Origin: Candidatus Thermosaccharophagus tengchongensis
GTDB lineage: Bacteria > Armatimonadota > Fervidibacteria > Fervidibacterales > Thermosaccharophagaceae
DNA length: 64,000 nucleotides
Strand: one strand, 5' to 3'
NCBI GenBank assembly: GCA_032161105.1
Contig: JAVHTD010000010.1
Shown here: one piece after another, positions 60,115 to 64,000 of the stretch
How positions within the stretch are numbered: position 1 is the stretch's first letter
Layout of the letters: every line of letters begins with the position of its first letter
Program-made: the position numbers and the translations under genes
Notes under the pieces: model-generated
The model's database searches: none
What the model was told of the DNA's origin: nothing
Seen by the model: only the letters and a program-made list of their open reading frames with translations

Positions 60115-61488
60115 TTAGTCAAGTTCCTCAAGCTCTTCAAGCTCCTTGGCGATGTGCTTTTGGATGAAATTAACATATGTCTCGCCGCGCCTGAAAAAGG
60201 TGTTGCTTATCACTCGCTTGTGAATCGGTATGGTTGTCTTCACGCCCTCAATAATGCATTCATCAAGCGCCCTTTGCATGCGTGCAATGGCTTCATCCCT
60301 ATTGCGACCATATGACACCAACTTGCACAGGAGTGGGTCATAGTAAGGGCTGACTGTGTATCCGCTATAGATGTGCGTATCAACTCGTATGCCGGGACCG
60401 CCTGGCGGAATGAATTGAGTTATTAATCCGCAGGATGGTGCGAAGTTGCGCTTTGGGTCTTGAGCAGTTATGCGGCACTCAATTGCATGCCCACGAATTT
60501 CAACTTGATGTTGCCTTACGCTCAAGCGTTCACCAATAGCTATCCGTATCTGCTCCTTAACTATATCAATCCCAGTGACCATTTCGGTGACGCAGTGCTC
60601 AACTTGCAGCCGTGTGTTCATTTCAATGAAGTAGAACTCGCCATCCTTATCAAGGAGGAACTCAACCGTGCCTGCGTTGACATACCCAACTGCTGCAGCG
60701 ACTCTCAATGCGGCTCTTCCGAGGCGTTCTCTCAACCTCGGGTGGGTGATGGTTGCGACCGAAGGAGCTTCTTCAATCAGCTTTTGGTGGCGCACTTGAA
60801 TTGAGCATTCCCTCTCACCGAGGTGAACGAGGTTGCCGTGCTCATCAGCCAGGATTTGCACCTCAATGTGCCTCGGCTCCTCAATATACTTCTCAATGTA
60901 GCATGAGCCATCGCCAAAGGCTGCCTCAGCTTCAGCACGCGCCGTTGCGAGTGCTTTGAGCAAGTCGGAATCAGTGTGGACGACACGCATTCCCCTTCCA
61001 CCGCCACCCGCAGCCGCCTTGATGATGACCGGGTAACCTATCTCCCTCGCAGCTTTAAGCGCCTCTCGCTCATCGGTCACTTGGTGATATCCGGGGAGCA
61101 CACGCACATCCACCTTTTCGACGAGTTCCCTTGCCTTAATCTTGTTGCCGAGAAGCTCAATCACATCCGGTGGCGGTCCAATGAACTTGATGTTGTAGTG
61201 AGCGCATATCTCAGCGATGTTTGGATCCTCAGCTAAAAACCCATAGCCCGGATGAATTGCATCCGCACCAGTTACGAGAGCGGCACTTATGATGTTGGCA
61301 ATGTTAAGGTAACTCTCCTTTGGCGATGGCGGTCCTATGCAAATTGCTTCATCTGCCATCCTTACATGCAAGGAGTCCCTATCAGCCTCCGAATACACAG
61401 CAACTGTGCGAAGCCCAAGTTCCTTGCACGCCCGTATTATGCGCAATGCGATCTCACCGCGATTGGCTATCAACACTTTTGAGAACAT
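60115..61488 (-). CDS. accC: Acetyl-CoA carboxylase, biotin carboxylase subunit
   Basis: ANRGEIA, HPGYGFL, GGGGRGM, RECSIQ.RHQK, EMNTRLQVEH, PGGPGIRVD. Confidence 0.97.
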   Translation of the reverse strand: MFSKVLIANRGEIALRIIRACKELGLRTVAVYSEADRDSLHVRMADEAICIGPPSPKESYLNIANIISAALVTGADAIHPGYGFLAEDPNIAEICAHYNIKFIGPPPDVIELLGNKIKARELVEKVDVRVLPGYHQVTDEREALKAAREIGYPVIIKAAAGGGGRGMRVVHTDSDLLKALATARAEAEAAFGDGSCYIEKYIEEPRHIEVQILADEHGNLVHLGERECSIQVRHQKLIEEAPSVATITHPRLRERLGRAALRVAAAVGYVNAGTVEFLLDKDGEFYFIEMNTRLQVEHCVTEMVTGIDIVKEQIRIAIGERLSVRQHQVEIRGHAIECRITAQDPKRNFAPSCGLITQFIPPGGPGIRVDTHIYSGYTVSPYYDPLLCKLVSYGRNRDEAIARMQRALDECIIEGVKTTIPIHKRVISNTFFRRGETYVNFIQKHIAKELEELEELD

Positions 61489-61616
61489 ATCTCACCGCCC
61501 CTTGGCATCCAATTCGTTAGGCGATTGGATGCCATTATGTTTGACACCAAATTCGGAGCTGCTGTTTGAGCTGCCCATCAGTTGACGATATGCTTACCGA
61601 GAGGGAAGTTCGCAGC

Positions 61617-62009
61617 TCAATACTTTGGATGCTGCGGACAGGCAACCCTCCCAGTCTGAGGATCGTAGATATATGCAGCACCAGTTACAGGGCATGTAAG
61701 GGTTACACCCGGAGGAGCATGCAATTCCTTTAGCGAGGCGGGATTTGAGCCATGGTCAATCTGATACATCGTTATGAGTTGCCTCAGCTGTTGCAGGTTG
61801 TTGAGGCATTCAACTCCTTTCCCCTTCTCCATCACCTTGCCCAATGTGGTTTCGGCTTTCCTCTGCTCTTCCTCAACACTCTTCACTTTATACCCGATGT
61901 AGAATGTGCCGATGAGCAGGGCTATGATGATGAGGCTAATCAACATGCCGAGCAAAGTCTGCGCCCTCCTGTGGTTCAAGTTGTCAATTGCACACAACAT
62001 CTTCATCAC
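61617..62009 (-). CDS. Pilin/pseudopilin-like protein (GspG-like, atypical processing site)
   Basis: RRA|QTLLGMLISLIIIALLI helix; C..NL.QLR..I.MY..D.G..P.SL.EL; CP...Y.YDP. Confidence 0.7.
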   Translation of the reverse strand: MMKMLCAIDNLNHRRAQTLLGMLISLIIIALLIGTFYIGYKVKSVEEEQRKAETTLGKVMEKGKGVECLNNLQQLRQLITMYQIDHGSNPASLKELHAPPGVTLTCPVTGAAYIYDPQTGRVACPQHPKY

Positions 62010-62443
62010 CTCACTCGGTTGTTTTCGCTCAACTCCGGCAATGGCTCAAGCACCATTAATGGTTGTCCATATTCAACGACTTGTCCATCGTCAACGAGTA
62101 TCTGAGTGATGATGCCCTTTGTTGGGCTGCGTATCTCATTCGGCACTTTGAGGGATTCAACGATGCATACGACTTGTCCCTCTTCAACCATATCGCCAAC
62201 TTCAACAAGTGGCTTGCCTCCGGGAGGGTAGTTGCGATGGAATGTTCCCACCCACGATGATGTTATCATGACTTGCTTTGGCTGTTCCTGATGAACTTGC
62301 TGTATTGGTTGCGCCGCAAGCAAAGCGATGTCACGCTTTATCGTTATGCGTCCTTCACCCGTGCGTATCGTGAGCTCGGTTAATTGCGCACTGTGCATCA
62401 GTTCAATGAGCTTGCGCAGCTTCTCAATGTCTATCTCAATCAT
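62006..62443 (-). CDS. accB: Biotin carboxyl carrier protein-like (variant biotinylation motif)
   Basis: I..L..LIE...LTEL N-terminus; GTF, V.VGD.V..GQ, ESLKVPNEI, VEYGQPL. Confidence 0.85.
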   Translation of the reverse strand: MIEIDIEKLRKLIELMHSAQLTELTIRTGEGRITIKRDIALLAAQPIQQVHQEQPKQVMITSSWVGTFHRNYPPGGKPLVEVGDMVEEGQVVCIVESLKVPNEIRSPTKGIITQILVDDGQVVEYGQPLMVLEPLPELSENNRVR

Positions 62444-62830
62444 CCCCCAGCGCCTCCGTGAACAAACTCCAAATGCCACGCCGCCGTTAAGCAACGCTAT
62501 TAATAGCATTGCACGCTTATGCGGACACTGCTATTTGCCCTTGCATCTCTAACCGCTACTGACCTTGACCGGAATTGTCCAAAACTATGGACGCACTTGA
62601 GTAATAATTGGGAAGGTGACTGCTTTACATTGGCAATGGTTGCCCTGAAGCTTGAGTGCAGTTGCGCGATGCTACCGAAGGCGTCTGAATCTGAACATGC
62701 GCGAGCATGAGCAAGTATGAGGCAGGGTCATTTCAAGCAATGTCAAAGAGGCGGTGATGGTAATCTACACACACCATCCACTTGATGCCATTACAAAAGA
62801 CTACATTGAGAGCGAGGTCATCGGGGCAAA

Positions 62831-63943
62831 ATGGTAAGGAGCTTAATGGTCATCCATGTTGAGTGGGGAAGGCATTGGTCTGGCGGAACGCAGCAGGTCG
62901 CTTTGCTTTTGGAAGGTTTGGCGCAAAGAGGGATCAACAACTACCTCGTTTGTCAGGAAGGTTCAATGATTGCCGAGCGGATGCACGGGAAAGTGCCGTT
63001 GAAGACCTTCAACCTGCGTGGTGAACATGATTTGAAGACTTGGTGGGATTTCGCCCGTTGGCTCAAAGTTTTTTGGGAGCGTCAATCTTCCCTCAACCAC
63101 ATTTTGCTCGTCCATGTCCACAGCAGGAGGGGTGCTTTGCCAACGCTTTTTATTGCTTGGCGGCTCAAATTGCCTACCGTGCTTCACTGGCGAGTTGCAG
63201 CCCCGATACGATTCCCGCTCAAGTTCGTTGACGCTGTCATTGCGGTCTCCGATGCAGCGGCGCAACAGGTGCTCAAAAGCGGTTTACCGCCAGAAAAGGT
63301 GACAGTCGTGAGAAGCAGCATTGACACGAGATTTTTTGAACCCACCGACGGGGCAAAGGAACAAATGCGCGCTTATTTGGGACTCAAAGGAAACGAGTTC
63401 GTCATTGCTGCCGCCGGGCGTTTGGTCAAAGGCAAAGGTTACGATGTGCTTTTACGCGCAATTTCTCAACTTTCTCCCGCTGATCGCCCTATTTTGCTGT
63501 TAGCGGGTGACGGCAGTGAGCGCCAATCGCTTGAGAACTTGTCAACCCAATTAGGCATATCTGAGTGGACAAAGTTTTTGGGTTTCCAAACCGATGTCAG
63601 ACCTATCTTGTGGGCAGCGGATGCGTTCGTCCATGTTCCAACCAATTTCCCAGAAGGGACTCCGAACGCAATTTTGGAGGCGATGGCTGCAGGGTTACCT
63701 GTCATCGCTTCAAAAGTCGGTGGTATCCCGGAAGTCGTGAGAGATGGCGAAACTGGGTTAATCATCCCACCAAATGACCCTAAAGCGCTTGCAGAGGCAC
63801 TCAACAATTTGCGCCAAGACAAGACTTTAAGTGAACGACTTGGCAGACAGGCTCAAGCGTGGGCAAGAGAGCATCATGATGTCCACCAATTGCCCGAGCG
63901 TGTGCTTCAAGTTTACAATCAAGTGATGGTTAGGAAACTTTGA
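62831..63943 (+). CDS. Glycosyltransferase family 4 (GT-B)
   Basis: W.GG.QQ, AVS, GRL..KG, EG.PNAILEAMA.G.PVIA..VGG.PE. Confidence 0.93.
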   Translation: MVRSLMVIHVEWGRHWSGGTQQVALLLEGLAQRGINNYLVCQEGSMIAERMHGKVPLKTFNLRGEHDLKTWWDFARWLKVFWERQSSLNHILLVHVHSRRGALPTLFIAWRLKLPTVLHWRVAAPIRFPLKFVDAVIAVSDAAAQQVLKSGLPPEKVTVVRSSIDTRFFEPTDGAKEQMRAYLGLKGNEFVIAAAGRLVKGKGYDVLLRAISQLSPADRPILLLAGDGSERQSLENLSTQLGISEWTKFLGFQTDVRPILWAADAFVHVPTNFPEGTPNAILEAMAAGLPVIASKVGGIPEVVRDGETGLIIPPNDPKALAEALNNLRQDKTLSERLGRQAQAWAREHHDVHQLPERVLQVYNQVMVRKL

Positions 63944-64000
63944 GCCCTTGCAAGGTGCGCATAGACAGTGACATTGATGATGGTTGCGAGGAGGCTAAAA

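Noticed and set aside
1..64000. Selenoprotein or UGA-readthrough genes that might explain the Sec-like tRNA
   Set aside because: The redox proteins here (thioredoxin WCGPC, radical SAMs, DUF2284) have ordinary Cys codons and complete ORFs, and no sel genes are in the window.

Overview
64 kb of gene-dense bacterial chromosome, mostly housekeeping. The DUF1559-type prepilin-like gene, Lnt and the E/K/R-rich proteins suggest a thermophilic Armatimonadota-like diderm, but that is an inference. Core genes are hypE (partial), ychF, topA, apt, mtnP, tmk, holB, trxA, purH, hisC, aroF, pheT, thpR, lnt, class II nrdJ with tandem NrdR boxes, a ppx-like gene and accB/accC. There are also oxidative-stress genes (superoxide reductase, ferritin-like proteins, rubrerythrin) and three tandem PilT-family ATPases coupled to a Cys-rich membrane protein. 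A minus-strand tRNA array (Pro-TGG, Gly-TCC, Arg-TCT, His-GTG, Arg-TCG, Lys-CTT) is interrupted by a hendecad-repeat membrane-anchored coiled-coil gene. The most unusual item is a 92-nt tRNA in that array (6163-6254) with a tRNA-Sec-like scaffold (4-nt UGGU D-loop, long variable arm) but cysteine identity elements (GCA anticodon, U73) and a non-canonical C33. Other notable items: an unannotated, internally deleted DUF1559 pilin-gene remnant, a degenerate HD-GYP gene upstream of an AAA+ ATPase, a pilin-like gene between accB and accC, and apparent avoidance of several 4-bp palindromes. I saw no CRISPR array, integrase, transposase or rRNA. All protein calls come from motif recognition by eye; no searches were run.
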